From sequence record LC778249.1: a DNA stretch of 64,000 nt; one strand, given 5' to 3'. This document shows positions 1-8,350 of this stretch, piece after piece. Numbering within the stretch: the stretch's first letter is position 1; every line of letters starts with the position of its first letter. Under the pieces are notes generated by a model. It searched no databases, was not told the origin of the DNA, and worked only from the letters and a program-made list of their open reading frames with translations. The translations under genes and the position numbers were made by a program.

Positions 1-12
1 TAATCGAAGATT

Positions 13-127
13 GCGGCGTTAGCCGCTAACTCGTTGAATCATAACGAAAAGACAAAGTAAATTCTCATATAAGATATATAAGACATTTTATTTTGTCTTT
101 CTAGCTCGCTTCGCTCGCGGTCTTCGA
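13..127. repeat. Dispersed intergenic element, copy 1 (GC hairpin + IHF-like site + AT-rich palindrome)
   Basis: 42-100 matches 42440-42498 at 57/59 nt; GCGGC-gtta-GCCGC hairpin; TCGAAGA/TCTTCGA outer inverted repeat. Confidence 0.85.
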
Positions 128-135
128 CTTTTTAC

Positions 136-163
136 TTGACATCAATTGGCAGATAGCTATACT
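136..163 (+). promoter_or_regulatory. sigma70-type early promoter
   Basis: TTGACA-16-TATACT followed by SD AAGGAG. Confidence 0.75.
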
Positions 164-185
164 GGAGACATTAAAGGAGAACACT

Positions 186-362
186 ATGAACATTTTTAAA
201 CGTCTACTGAATCGCATGAAGTACAAACCGATGATCAAGATCAATGCGTATGCTATGCAGATTCATACCGCGTCTGGTGCTTCTGTGTGTACTCCTGACG
301 GTATTGCTGTTAAGCAGCGTATCGAACGGCTCAAACGTGAAATGAAAATCAATAGAGGTTAA
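186..362 (+). CDS. Hypothetical protein, 58 aa (not in ORF track)
   Basis: AAAGGAGA SD, ATG 186, MNIFKRLLNR...KINRG*, stop abuts next gene. Confidence 0.75.
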   Translation: MNIFKRLLNRMKYKPMIKINAYAMQIHTASGASVCTPDGIAVKQRIERLKREMKINRG

Positions 363-364
363 TT

Positions 365-910
365 ATGATTGTTAAGGTAAATGATGTAAAACGTCTGAAT
401 GTCGGCGATAAATTCTTGTTTTGCAAGGATCGCGTTGTTCAGATTCAAAGCATCGAAGGCAAGAAAGTCGTTGTTATCGATATCGAAGACGGCACAGTTA
501 TCAACATGGAATTCTTCCAAGATCATGGCAAATCGTATCGGTATCGCTATGATATGGGTATGGGATTCTGTCGTGGTAGCGGTATGAACTCTCGTTATGG
601 TAGCAGTTTCGGTAACATGTATGACTTCGGTGTAAGAGAGCCGATTCGAGCCGGTGAGCAAATCAAATTCCGTGTTGAAGGCAAAGATCACCAAGGTGTT
701 GTTGCTGCTGTTGGCTCTTATGACATCAAGAAAGGCGAGATCACTTTCAACAACAAAGCCGCGAAAAATGCAATCGTGGTTATTGCAAACGGGGTTGAAC
801 GTGTTATCATTGGTTGCAATCAAACACTCTATTTTGTAGAGCCGGACGCAAATCAGCGTATGTGGATCAACAATACCCACATTTGCACAATCGAAGGATA
901 CAGAGCATGA
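365..910 (+). CDS. Hypothetical beta-rich two-domain protein (paralog array)
   Basis: GAGG SD; C-half similar to 907-1212. Confidence 0.85.
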   Translation: MIVKVNDVKRLNVGDKFLFCKDRVVQIQSIEGKKVVVIDIEDGTVINMEFFQDHGKSYRYRYDMGMGFCRGSGMNSRYGSSFGNMYDFGVREPIRAGEQIKFRVEGKDHQGVVAAVGSYDIKKGEITFNNKAAKNAIVVIANGVERVIIGCNQTLYFVEPDANQRMWINNTHICTIEGYRA

Positions 911-1212
911 TTAAACGTATCGATGCCGAAAAATCAACACCGCTGTCTATAAACGAAGAAATCGATTTTTGTAGAAATCACGACACTTACGGAAAGGGTG
1001 TTGTTGTTAAAGTTGGTGATTACAAAGTTGAAAATGATCAGATTCATTTCGTATCGTCCCGCGCTCGAAATGCCGCAATCGTTATGGTAGACGACACGAA
1101 ATATATATTTTTCGCATGTTCGCCTATCGTGTTTTGTTGTCCAGAAAAGAATGATAAGTTTACGTTCTTGGACTCCGAACACTGTGTTATCAATCGATAC
1201 TGGAGTAAATAA
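907..1212 (+). CDS. Hypothetical protein, 101 aa (paralog array)
   Basis: ATGA overlap with upstream stop; GVVVKVGDY..IHF..ARNA matches GVVAAVGSY..ITF..AKNA of 365-910. Confidence 0.8.
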   Translation: MIKRIDAEKSTPLSINEEIDFCRNHDTYGKGVVVKVGDYKVENDQIHFVSSRARNAAIVMVDDTKYIFFACSPIVFCCPEKNDKFTFLDSEHCVINRYWSK

Positions 1213-1766
1213 TGTTTCGTTACGACTGTGAAAAACGAGAGGTTGAAATCGGTAGCACTGTGAAAGTCAAGGGAATGACTGGCACACTGACGGAAGTTTT
1301 GGCAGATCGGATCGTGATAACTGTTTCCAGTATTGCACGAATCGAACTGGTATGTACTGAGTGTGGTCGGTGGTATAGCCCTATGGACAAGTGCCAATCG
1401 CCAAGAATGTATCTGGGTTCGATGTCCGATTATAGCATGGATAATGGCAAGCTGTATTACACAAATACTAGCTCCATTTTGCCTGGCAGCGAAGTTCAGA
1501 TTTCAGTTGATGGTAAACAGATATGGGTACGTGCTATCGCGCAAACTGCTATCACCATGCACTGGAAAAACAACGAAATCGATGTTGATCATGTAACATT
1601 CAGCTCAACGCAAGATGATCCGTGTATGGTTTTGCTTGACGACTTGGGCAGATCTTATTATGCTGTTTACGTTGAGGACGGCGACTATCAAGCAACTCAA
1701 CTTTACACAAACCGAAATGGTGAATTTATTCGCCTCGACCAAGACCTGAATTGGAGATTTGATTAA
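1212..1766 (+). CDS. Hypothetical protein (paralog array)
   Basis: TAATG coupling; shares EIG, NG.LY and DD.GR motifs with 1766-2326. Confidence 0.85.
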   Translation: MFRYDCEKREVEIGSTVKVKGMTGTLTEVLADRIVITVSSIARIELVCTECGRWYSPMDKCQSPRMYLGSMSDYSMDNGKLYYTNTSSILPGSEVQISVDGKQIWVRAIAQTAITMHWKNNEIDVDHVTFSSTQDDPCMVLLDDLGRSYYAVYVEDGDYQATQLYTNRNGEFIRLDQDLNWRFD

Positions 1767-2326
1767 TGTTCGTAATTGAAGCAGACGAAAAGCCGGCTAA
1801 GGTAAAGTTCGAAATCGGCACACAAGCAAGCATCAGCGGTCAAGTTATGACTTTAGTTAGCTTCGACCCTGAACGTGGTATTATGCGTCTGAAATTCCGT
1901 TATAAGGACATGACGGTAGAATGTTTAATGCATCATGTTGTGGGTGATAAGTGGTTCACCGACGATTATACATTCGGCACTGGTATCACTATCGAAAATG
2001 GTGTGCTGTATAAACAGACTGAGGCCCCTGTTGTTCGAGAAATCGCAGTTGGTAGGCCGTTTGTTCTGCATGTTCTGAAAGAAAACGAGAAACCCCAGCG
2101 CGTTGATGTTCGATTTATGACGTTTGTCTATGGTTTCACTTATGCGGAAGATGTTTTGAGTTATAGCTCCACGTCTGGTAATGCCATGGCTAATGCTGTG
2201 ATGTTTCACGACGATTATGGCCGCATTTACGTTATGGATCAACGCTATGACTGGTATCGACATGAAAACGGTTGGTTTAAACGAGTTAATATTAAATCCC
2301 AGGCAAAACTGAAATATCAGATCTAA
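1766..2326 (+). CDS. Hypothetical protein (paralog array)
   Basis: TAATG coupling; paralog of 1212-1766. Confidence 0.85.
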   Translation: MFVIEADEKPAKVKFEIGTQASISGQVMTLVSFDPERGIMRLKFRYKDMTVECLMHHVVGDKWFTDDYTFGTGITIENGVLYKQTEAPVVREIAVGRPFVLHVLKENEKPQRVDVRFMTFVYGFTYAEDVLSYSSTSGNAMANAVMFHDDYGRIYVMDQRYDWYRHENGWFKRVNIKSQAKLKYQI

Positions 2327-2365
2327 CTAAATAGAGTCATGACATTAACTATGGAATGACTCTAT
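2327..2365 (+). promoter_or_regulatory. Late promoter plus RBS-occluding hairpin of gene 49
   Basis: CTAAATA 2327-33; ATAGAGTCAT/ATGACTCTAT 10-bp stem just before ATG 2367; same design as T4 gene 49 translational control. Confidence 0.7.
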
Positions 2366-2366
2366 C

Positions 2367-2852
2367 ATGTTGTTAACTCCCAAAACCTACGATGCCGCAA
2401 AAGAAAAACTCTATCATGAGCAAAACGGCATCTGTCCAATCTGCAAACGTGAACTCGACCCAGAAATCAACAAGAATCACCTAGACCATGATCATGAGCT
2501 AGATGGTACAAATGCGGGTCGAGTTCGCGGTCTCCTGTGTAATCTATGTAATGGGTCGGAAGGACGAACTCGCCACGAGTTTATGCGCTCTGGGCTGGCC
2601 GGTCGTGGGATTGACTACATAGATTATCTAGAATCTCTTCTAGCTTATCTAAAGCGGGATGCCAGCGCAAACGATATTCACCCCAAACTTGTCCCCGATT
2701 TGAAAAAACGTTTCGCTCGCCAAGACAAGCCAACAATGATTGCCGAAATGCAAAAATACGGTTTCGCATACAACGACGGAATGACCAAAGCCGAGCTGTG
2801 TAAAGCATTCAATAAAGAACTACCAAAATTTATGAAAAAACTTCATAATTGA
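2367..2852 (+). CDS. 49: Recombination endonuclease VII
   Basis: CPIC..HLDHDH..VRGLLCNLCN motifs. Confidence 0.95.
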   Translation: MLLTPKTYDAAKEKLYHEQNGICPICKRELDPEINKNHLDHDHELDGTNAGRVRGLLCNLCNGSEGRTRHEFMRSGLAGRGIDYIDYLESLLAYLKRDASANDIHPKLVPDLKKRFARQDKPTMIAEMQKYGFAYNDGMTKAELCKAFNKELPKFMKKLHN

Positions 2853-2853
2853 T

Positions 2854-2888
2854 TTGACATCAAGGCCAGTCTCACGTAGACTGGCTTT
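2854..2888 (+). promoter_or_regulatory. Early promoter overlapped by hairpin/terminator
   Basis: TTGACA-17-TAGACT; GCCAGTCT/AGACTGGC inverted repeat. Confidence 0.7.
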
Positions 2889-2925
2889 ATTGTTTTAGAA
2901 CACAATCAAACCAGAGGAAATTGTT

Positions 2926-3342
2926 ATGAATATCGATCTGTTTAACCGCATTCAAAGCTATCGCGAATTCAAAGACGTTTACGATCAAATGCGTCTCACT
3001 CTGCAAAAAGTTCTGCAAGGTGAAATCACCCGCGAAGAGTGCAAGAAAGGTCTGTGTGATCTTATCGCTACCAATGAATTTGGCGTGGATCTCGCTACTC
3101 CGAAAGTCCTGGAAGGCTACAAACACTGGAGCGGTAAAGTCGGTTATATCATCTATGTTGGTGAAATCGACCGCGAAGCACTGAAACAAGATCGTCATAT
3201 GTATCTGAGTCGTGCCGTTGCTCAATACGAAAATGAGCAATATGTTGGCGACAATGACGAATACTGGGAAGCGCGTCTGGAACTGGCTCGTCACTGGATC
3301 CGTTATATCGACGAAACCAAAAACTTAGCGAAATGTGATTGA
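2926..3342 (+). CDS. Hypothetical protein, paralog family A (copy 1)
   Basis: GAGGA SD; GLC, GYKHWSG, YWEARLELARHWIRYID motifs. Confidence 0.9.
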   Translation: MNIDLFNRIQSYREFKDVYDQMRLTLQKVLQGEITREECKKGLCDLIATNEFGVDLATPKVLEGYKHWSGKVGYIIYVGEIDREALKQDRHMYLSRAVAQYENEQYVGDNDEYWEARLELARHWIRYIDETKNLAKCD

Positions 3343-3366
3343 CACCAGATTTCATCCTGCTAATAT
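3339..3366 (+). promoter_or_regulatory. Early promoter
   Basis: TTGACA-16-TAATAT with extended TG. Confidence 0.7.
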
Positions 3367-3395
3367 AGCTACATCAAACAACTGAGGAAAATGTT

Positions 3396-3797
3396 ATGAC
3401 CAACTACATCGACCACGCCAAAACTTATCACACTGTACGCGATACTCTGCAAGATGTTCTGGACGGCAATATCAGCCGCAAGGATTGCAGTCAAGGTCTG
3501 TGTACTGTCCTTGAGATTGACAGTCTCCCGATTCGTCCGCGTTTGAATAGCGAAGAAGTCCTTCGTGGTTACAAATTCTGGAGTGGTCAGAAAGGCTATT
3601 CAATCTATATCGGTGAAACTACCGAAGCTGGTATTGCCGAAATGGATTACGTAAACGAGGCAATCAATCAGTTTAAACTGGAAGCCCGTTGCGCTGGTGA
3701 TAAAGAATTCCGCGATCAATACTGGGAAGCTCGTCTGGAACTGGCTCGTCACTGGATCCGTTATATCGACGGCGTTATCGAATCTAGCAAGAAATAA
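3396..3797 (+). CDS. Hypothetical protein, paralog family A (copy 2)
   Basis: GAGGA SD; same motifs; 54-nt near-identical block with copy 1. Confidence 0.9.
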   Translation: MTNYIDHAKTYHTVRDTLQDVLDGNISRKDCSQGLCTVLEIDSLPIRPRLNSEEVLRGYKFWSGQKGYSIYIGETTEAGIAEMDYVNEAINQFKLEARCAGDKEFRDQYWEARLELARHWIRYIDGVIESSKK

Positions 3798-3798
3798 G

Positions 3799-3838
3799 TT
3801 GTAATCTAATGTTGGTGTGATATTATGCTCACACCAAC
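3799..3838 (+). promoter_or_regulatory. Early promoter with -10 in loop of a 10-bp inverted repeat
   Basis: TTGTAA-16-TATTAT; GTTGGTGTGA/TCACACCAAC. Confidence 0.65.
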
Positions 3839-3854
3839 TATTGAGGAAATAATC

Positions 3855-4319
3855 ATGAGTGTTCGTGAAATCGTTAGTTTAGCAATCTCAACCGTTTTCA
3901 TGCCAAAGAGCAAGCGTATTCGTGCTCATTTCTTGGATAACTCGGATCTGGTAAAGTATTACCCGACTCTGATGTTTCTGATTGAGAACAAAAAGAAATA
4001 TGAAATAGATATGCGGACACTGTGCCGAGTTGCTAACAAAGAATACACTCGCGAGCAAGTGAAATCTGGGCTTTGTCGTATGATCAATCGTGATCTGAGT
4101 GATGCGCTCCGAGATCCGGACATTCTGAAAGATTACAAATTCTGGAGCGGTAGTCAATCTTGTGTAATTACCGTCAAGAATGAAGGGCTATGTGGTATCG
4201 AGTATCATAGCGAATACATGCAGCGTGGTTCGGATGAATATTACGAGGCTCGCGTTGAACTTGCCCGTTATTGGCTTAACGTCATGACATTTGTCAAGAA
4301 CAAATACGATCAATTCTAA
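3855..4319 (+). CDS. Hypothetical protein, paralog family A (copy 3, N-terminally extended)
   Basis: GAGGA SD before ATG 3855; GLC, DYKFWSG, YYEARVELARYW. Confidence 0.85.
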   Translation: MSVREIVSLAISTVFMPKSKRIRAHFLDNSDLVKYYPTLMFLIENKKKYEIDMRTLCRVANKEYTREQVKSGLCRMINRDLSDALRDPDILKDYKFWSGSQSCVITVKNEGLCGIEYHSEYMQRGSDEYYEARVELARYWLNVMTFVKNKYDQF

Positions 4320-4326
4320 ATAAGAG

Positions 4327-4347
4327 TCCCGCTAATGCGGGATTTTT
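4327..4347 (+). terminator. Rho-independent terminator
   Basis: TCCCGC-taat-GCGGGA-TTTTT. Confidence 0.8.
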
Positions 4348-4369
4348 ATTTCTCTTAAAGATGTAATCA

Positions 4370-4398
4370 GTTTACATTGACTCAGATCAATGTATAAT
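4370..4398 (+). promoter_or_regulatory. nrdA promoter
   Basis: GTTTACA...TG-TATAAT, resembling the T4 early consensus. Confidence 0.7.
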
Positions 4399-4432
4399 AC
4401 CAACATCCTCTCCACCAACACAACGAGGTAAC

Positions 4433-6667
4433 ATGTTAGTAAGAAAATCAAGCGGAATTACCGAAGAATTCACCGTAGGCAAGCTGTTCAAGATTCTGAG
4501 TTTTGCAACAGAAGGGACAAGTATTAGTCCGAAAGAAATCCTAGACGGTATTATGCCTTCTATCACCGAAGGTATGAGCACTAAGCGAATCCAAGAGATC
4601 GCTATCAAGTTCGCCGCTGACCGCATATCAATCGAACAATCCGATTATCAGTATGTAGCCGCTCGACTGCAAATGTATGCATTGCGCAAGCAAGTTTACA
4701 ATCAGTTTGACCCGATTCATCTGAAACCGCACGTTATGGATCTCGTCATGGACGGGAAATATGACCCAGAACTGTGCTCCAAATGGACAGATGAAGAGTT
4801 TGAGGAGCTGAATGCTTACATCAAGCATGATCGAGATTTCAATCTGGCTTATGCTGGCGTAATGCAGTTCAAAGAGAAATACCTGGCGAAAGATCGCAGC
4901 ACTGGTGAAGTGTTCGAAACTCCGCAAATGCTGTATATGCTTGTTGCAATGTGCTTGCATCAAGAAGAAAAAACAGATAGACTGCAAAAAGTCAAAAACT
5001 TCTATGACGTAACATCGCTTGGCAAGCTGAGTCTGCCAACTCCGATTCTCGCAGGTGTTCGCACCCCGACTCGTCAGTTTAGCTCTTGTGTCAAGATCGA
5101 ATGTGGAGACGAACTAGATAGCATCAACGCTACCGCTAGTTCTATCGTTGACTATATCAGCAAACGCGCTGGTATCGGCATCAACGGTGGTGCGATTCGT
5201 GCCGAGGGCTCTCGCATTCGTAGCGGTGAAGTGCGACATACTGGTATTATCCCATTCTGGAAATACTTCCAGACTGCGGTAAAGAGCTGTTCACAGGGCG
5301 GTGTTCGCGGCGGTGCTGCAACTCTATATTACCCAATGTGGCACCTCGAAGTTGAAAAAATCCTTGTGCTCAAGAATAACAAGGGCGTTGAAGAAAACCG
5401 AATCCGACATCTTGACTACGGTATCCAAATCAATAAGCTGATGTTAGAACGGTTGAAAAACGACGACTATATTACCTTGTTCAGTCCCGACGTTCAGAAA
5501 GGCGAGCTTTACGATCTGTATTATAGCGACCCCGTGAAGTTCCGCGAGCTATACGAAATGCTGGAGAATGAGCCGTTCCTTATCAAGAAACGTATCAAGG
5601 CTTCTGAGTTGTTCAACCTGTTTGCTCAAGAGCGAAGCGGCACCGGTCGAATCTATCCGATGTTCATCGACAACGTAAACAGCGCGACTCCGTACAAAGA
5701 GCCGATTCGTCAGTCTAACCTGTGTATTGAAATCGCACTACCTACCTATCCCGTTCATCGTGATGGCACCGGTGAGATTGCACTTTGCACCTTAGCAGCG
5801 TACAATCTGGGAGCGATTGAAGGATATAACGACTTCTTGAACGTAGCACGTGCCGCCGTTCGAGCGTTGGACAATCTGCTTGATTATCAAGAGTATCCAG
5901 TTGTTCAAGCACTAGCTGCCAAGAAGCGTCGCGCACTCGGTATCGGTGTAACCAACTTTGCTTATTTCCTTGCCAAGAACTTTGTTAAGTATTCTGATGG
6001 CAGCGCGAACAAACTTGTTCATCGTACTATGGAAATGATGCAGTTTGCTAACATCGTTGCTAGTATGGAACTTGCTAAAGAACGTGGCGCGAGCGAGTGG
6101 CATCACAAGACTAAGTGGGCCGACGGTCTTCTGCCGATTGATTGGTATAACAAAAACGTTGACAGCATCGTTCCTAATGATCTGAAAATGGATTGGGAAT
6201 GGCTACGTGGCGAGATTAAAAAGTACGGTATGCGCAATGACACACTGAGCGCGTTTATGCCGTGTGAAAGTTCTAGCCAAATTACCAACAGCACAAACGG
6301 TATCGAGCCACCGCGTGGCCTAGTGAGCACCAAGCAATCGAAAGATGGTGTGTTTAATCAGCTAGTGCCGGAGGTAGAAATGCTTGGTAGCGAGTATGAA
6401 ACCGCTTGGGCGATGGCTAAACGTGGCATGAAGGGTTACCTCGATATTGTCGCTATCATGCAGAAGTTTGTGGATCAGATGATCAGTGCAAACACTTATT
6501 ACGTCCCGTCGATTTATCCGGGTGATAAGCTGCCGATGAAAGTCGTTCTGAAAGATATGAGTAGAGCGCAAAAATATGGCGTTAAATCGCTGTACTATTC
6601 TAATCTTCACGATGGCGCTGATGGTACCGAAGAAACCGATTCTTCTTGTGACACTTGCAAAGTCTAA
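4433..6667 (+). CDS. nrdA: Ribonucleotide reductase class Ia alpha subunit
   Basis: ATP cone, FSSC, SNLCIE, C-terminal CDTC. Confidence 0.97.
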   Translation: MLVRKSSGITEEFTVGKLFKILSFATEGTSISPKEILDGIMPSITEGMSTKRIQEIAIKFAADRISIEQSDYQYVAARLQMYALRKQVYNQFDPIHLKPHVMDLVMDGKYDPELCSKWTDEEFEELNAYIKHDRDFNLAYAGVMQFKEKYLAKDRSTGEVFETPQMLYMLVAMCLHQEEKTDRLQKVKNFYDVTSLGKLSLPTPILAGVRTPTRQFSSCVKIECGDELDSINATASSIVDYISKRAGIGINGGAIRAEGSRIRSGEVRHTGIIPFWKYFQTAVKSCSQGGVRGGAATLYYPMWHLEVEKILVLKNNKGVEENRIRHLDYGIQINKLMLERLKNDDYITLFSPDVQKGELYDLYYSDPVKFRELYEMLENEPFLIKKRIKASELFNLFAQERSGTGRIYPMFIDNVNSATPYKEPIRQSNLCIEIALPTYPVHRDGTGEIALCTLAAYNLGAIEGYNDFLNVARAAVRALDNLLDYQEYPVVQALAAKKRRALGIGVTNFAYFLAKNFVKYSDGSANKLVHRTMEMMQFANIVASMELAKERGASEWHHKTKWADGLLPIDWYNKNVDSIVPNDLKMDWEWLRGEIKKYGMRNDTLSAFMPCESSSQITNSTNGIEPPRGLVSTKQSKDGVFNQLVPEVEMLGSEYETAWAMAKRGMKGYLDIVAIMQKFVDQMISANTYYVPSIYPGDKLPMKVVLKDMSRAQKYGVKSLYYSNLHDGADGTEETDSSCDTCKV

Positions 6668-6711
6668 CGTTTAACAAAGGGGCTACGGCCCCTTATCAAA
6701 AGGAACAAAAA

Positions 6712-7842
6712 TTGGATACCGTATTTAACAAAAATGTAGTTGATCATATGAAGGCTCCGATGTATCTTGGTGATGCAATGGGTCTTGCTCGTTATGAAAC
6801 TGTGAAGCATCCTGTCATTGACAAGCTTACCGAGAAACAGCTCTCATTTTTCTGGCGCCCCGAAGAAGTCGATTTGTCTAAGGACATGATTGATTTCAGT
6901 CGTTTGACAGAAGCCGAACAATATGTGTTCACTCAAAACTTGAAATATCAAAGTCTGCTTGATTCTGTTCAGGGTCGCGCACCTAACTTGACTTTCTTGC
7001 CAATGGTGTCAGACATCGCGCTAGAGACTTGGATCACTACTTGGAGCTTTAGTGAAACGATTCACAGCCGTTCGTATACTCACATCATGCGGAATCTGTA
7101 TGTGAATCCGACAGAAGTGTTTGATAGGATCATGCTCGATGAAAAGATCATGAAACGCGCCACTGCCGTGACTCAGTATTACGACGATCTGATTCGCGAG
7201 AAACGCACCTATGATATGTTGTGCTGTCAAGTATTCCCGGCTGGTCTGCAAGTTCAACAACTGACTAAAGTAAAAGAAGCCCTGTATCTCGCCAAACACG
7301 CGGTAAACGCTTTGGAAGCGATTCGTTTTTATGTAAGCTTCGCCTGCACCTTCTCGTTTGCCGAACGCGGTTTGATGGAAGGCAACGCTAAGATCATGAA
7401 ACTGATTGCGCGTGATGAACAATTGCACCTCAAAGGCACCCAATATCAAATTCGCACTTGGCAGAACGGCGAAGATGACCCCGAAATGGTAGATATTGCT
7501 AAACGTCTTGAGTCAAAGGCTGTTCAGATTTTCCTAGACGCTGCCGAACAAGAAAAAGAATGGGCGCGTGATCTGTTGAGTCGAGTTTCTATCCCTAGTC
7601 TCAGTCTGCAATCTATGCTGGACTATATCGATTATCTGACTGCGAGCCGTATGCAGTCCGCCGGTCTGCCTATTCCAGAAGAGCTTAACGTTCCAAGCAA
7701 GCATCCACTGCCGTGGATTCGCAAGTGGCTGAATAGTGAAAGTGTTCAAGTAGCAGCACAGGAAGCCGAGTTGTCTAGCTATCTCGTTGGTCAAGTTGAC
7801 CCGACGCTGGATGCCGAGTTCTTCGAAGAACTAGAAGTTTAA
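6712..7842 (+). CDS. nrdB: Ribonucleotide reductase class Ia beta subunit (TTG start, no intron)
   Basis: AAGGAA SD then TTG GAT ACC GTA (MDTVFN); ETIHSRSY, RDEQLH. Confidence 0.95.
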   Translation: MDTVFNKNVVDHMKAPMYLGDAMGLARYETVKHPVIDKLTEKQLSFFWRPEEVDLSKDMIDFSRLTEAEQYVFTQNLKYQSLLDSVQGRAPNLTFLPMVSDIALETWITTWSFSETIHSRSYTHIMRNLYVNPTEVFDRIMLDEKIMKRATAVTQYYDDLIREKRTYDMLCCQVFPAGLQVQQLTKVKEALYLAKHAVNALEAIRFYVSFACTFSFAERGLMEGNAKIMKLIARDEQLHLKGTQYQIRTWQNGEDDPEMVDIAKRLESKAVQIFLDAAEQEKEWARDLLSRVSIPSLSLQSMLDYIDYLTASRMQSAGLPIPEELNVPSKHPLPWIRKWLNSESVQVAAQEAELSSYLVGQVDPTLDAEFFEELEV

Positions 7843-7844
7843 CT

Positions 7845-7867
7845 AATCCGCCTTCGGGCGGATTTTT
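7845..7867 (+). terminator. Rho-independent terminator
   Basis: AATCCGCC-ttcg-GGCGGATT-TTT. Confidence 0.85.
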
Positions 7868-7881
7868 ATTTCCAAAAAGTG

Positions 7882-7909
7882 TTGACACATGGATTAGACC
7901 TGATATGAT
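7882..7909 (+). promoter_or_regulatory. Early promoter cassette
   Basis: TTGACA-16-TATGAT with extended TG; near-duplicate of 8630-8657. Confidence 0.75.
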
Positions 7910-7944
7910 GTCCATATCGAAACAAAACAACTGAGGAAAATATC

Positions 7945-8208
7945 ATGGAACATCAAATTCGCACTTTCGTAAATCACAAACGTAAGCTGGCTTTCGTATC
8001 ATCTAACATCGATGGCATGGCAGCTCACTCTTCCACTGTGGCACTGCGTCGTTTTAATGAAGCGTTTCCTGAGTTGGATATCAACGATATCGAAACTGAT
8101 AAGTATATGGTTACTTCCGAGTCCAAATTTCAAGCATTTTCTGATATGCGGGAAGCTCTGCGTCAGAAAGGTTTCAAAATTATGTCTCAGTGTGAGGATC
8201 TCAAATGA
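7945..8208 (+). CDS. Hypothetical protein, 87 aa
   Basis: GAGGA SD, own promoter. Confidence 0.85.
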   Translation: MEHQIRTFVNHKRKLAFVSSNIDGMAAHSSTVALRRFNEAFPELDINDIETDKYMVTSESKFQAFSDMREALRQKGFKIMSQCEDLK

Positions 8209-8288
8209 AAGGTTTTACTCTTATCGAACTGATAGTGATGATTGCTGTTCTTGGCATCGTCGCTGCGATTCTGCCGAAAATTTTCTAA
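8205..8288 (+). CDS. 27-aa headless type IV prepilin-like peptide (MKG|FTLIELIVMIAVLGIVAAILPKIF)
   Basis: GAGGA SD 8194-98, ATGA overlap with upstream stop, class III signal motif G|FTLIEL with E5, G14, P21. Confidence 0.8.
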   Translation: MKGFTLIELIVMIAVLGIVAAILPKIF

Positions 8289-8295
8289 AAAGTTG

Positions 8296-8330
8296 TTGAC
8301 GTAAGGTGCGACCATGATATGATGGTCGCA
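8296..8330 (+). promoter_or_regulatory. Early promoter with 9-bp inverted repeat around -10
   Basis: TTGACG-16-TATGAT; TGCGACCAT/ATGGTCGCA. Confidence 0.75.
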
Positions 8331-8350
8331 TCAAATCTGAGGAACAAATC

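Noticed and set aside
2327-2369. Gene 49 RBS-occluding hairpin as a novelty
   Set aside because: Already established in T4; listed as a feature only.
6655-6711. Upstream-extended starts in the ORF track (nrdB, 8627, 17127, 20779, 21835, 31051, 34966, 36719, 60404)
   Set aside because: They run through terminators or promoters; downstream starts have proper SDs and match homologous N-termini.
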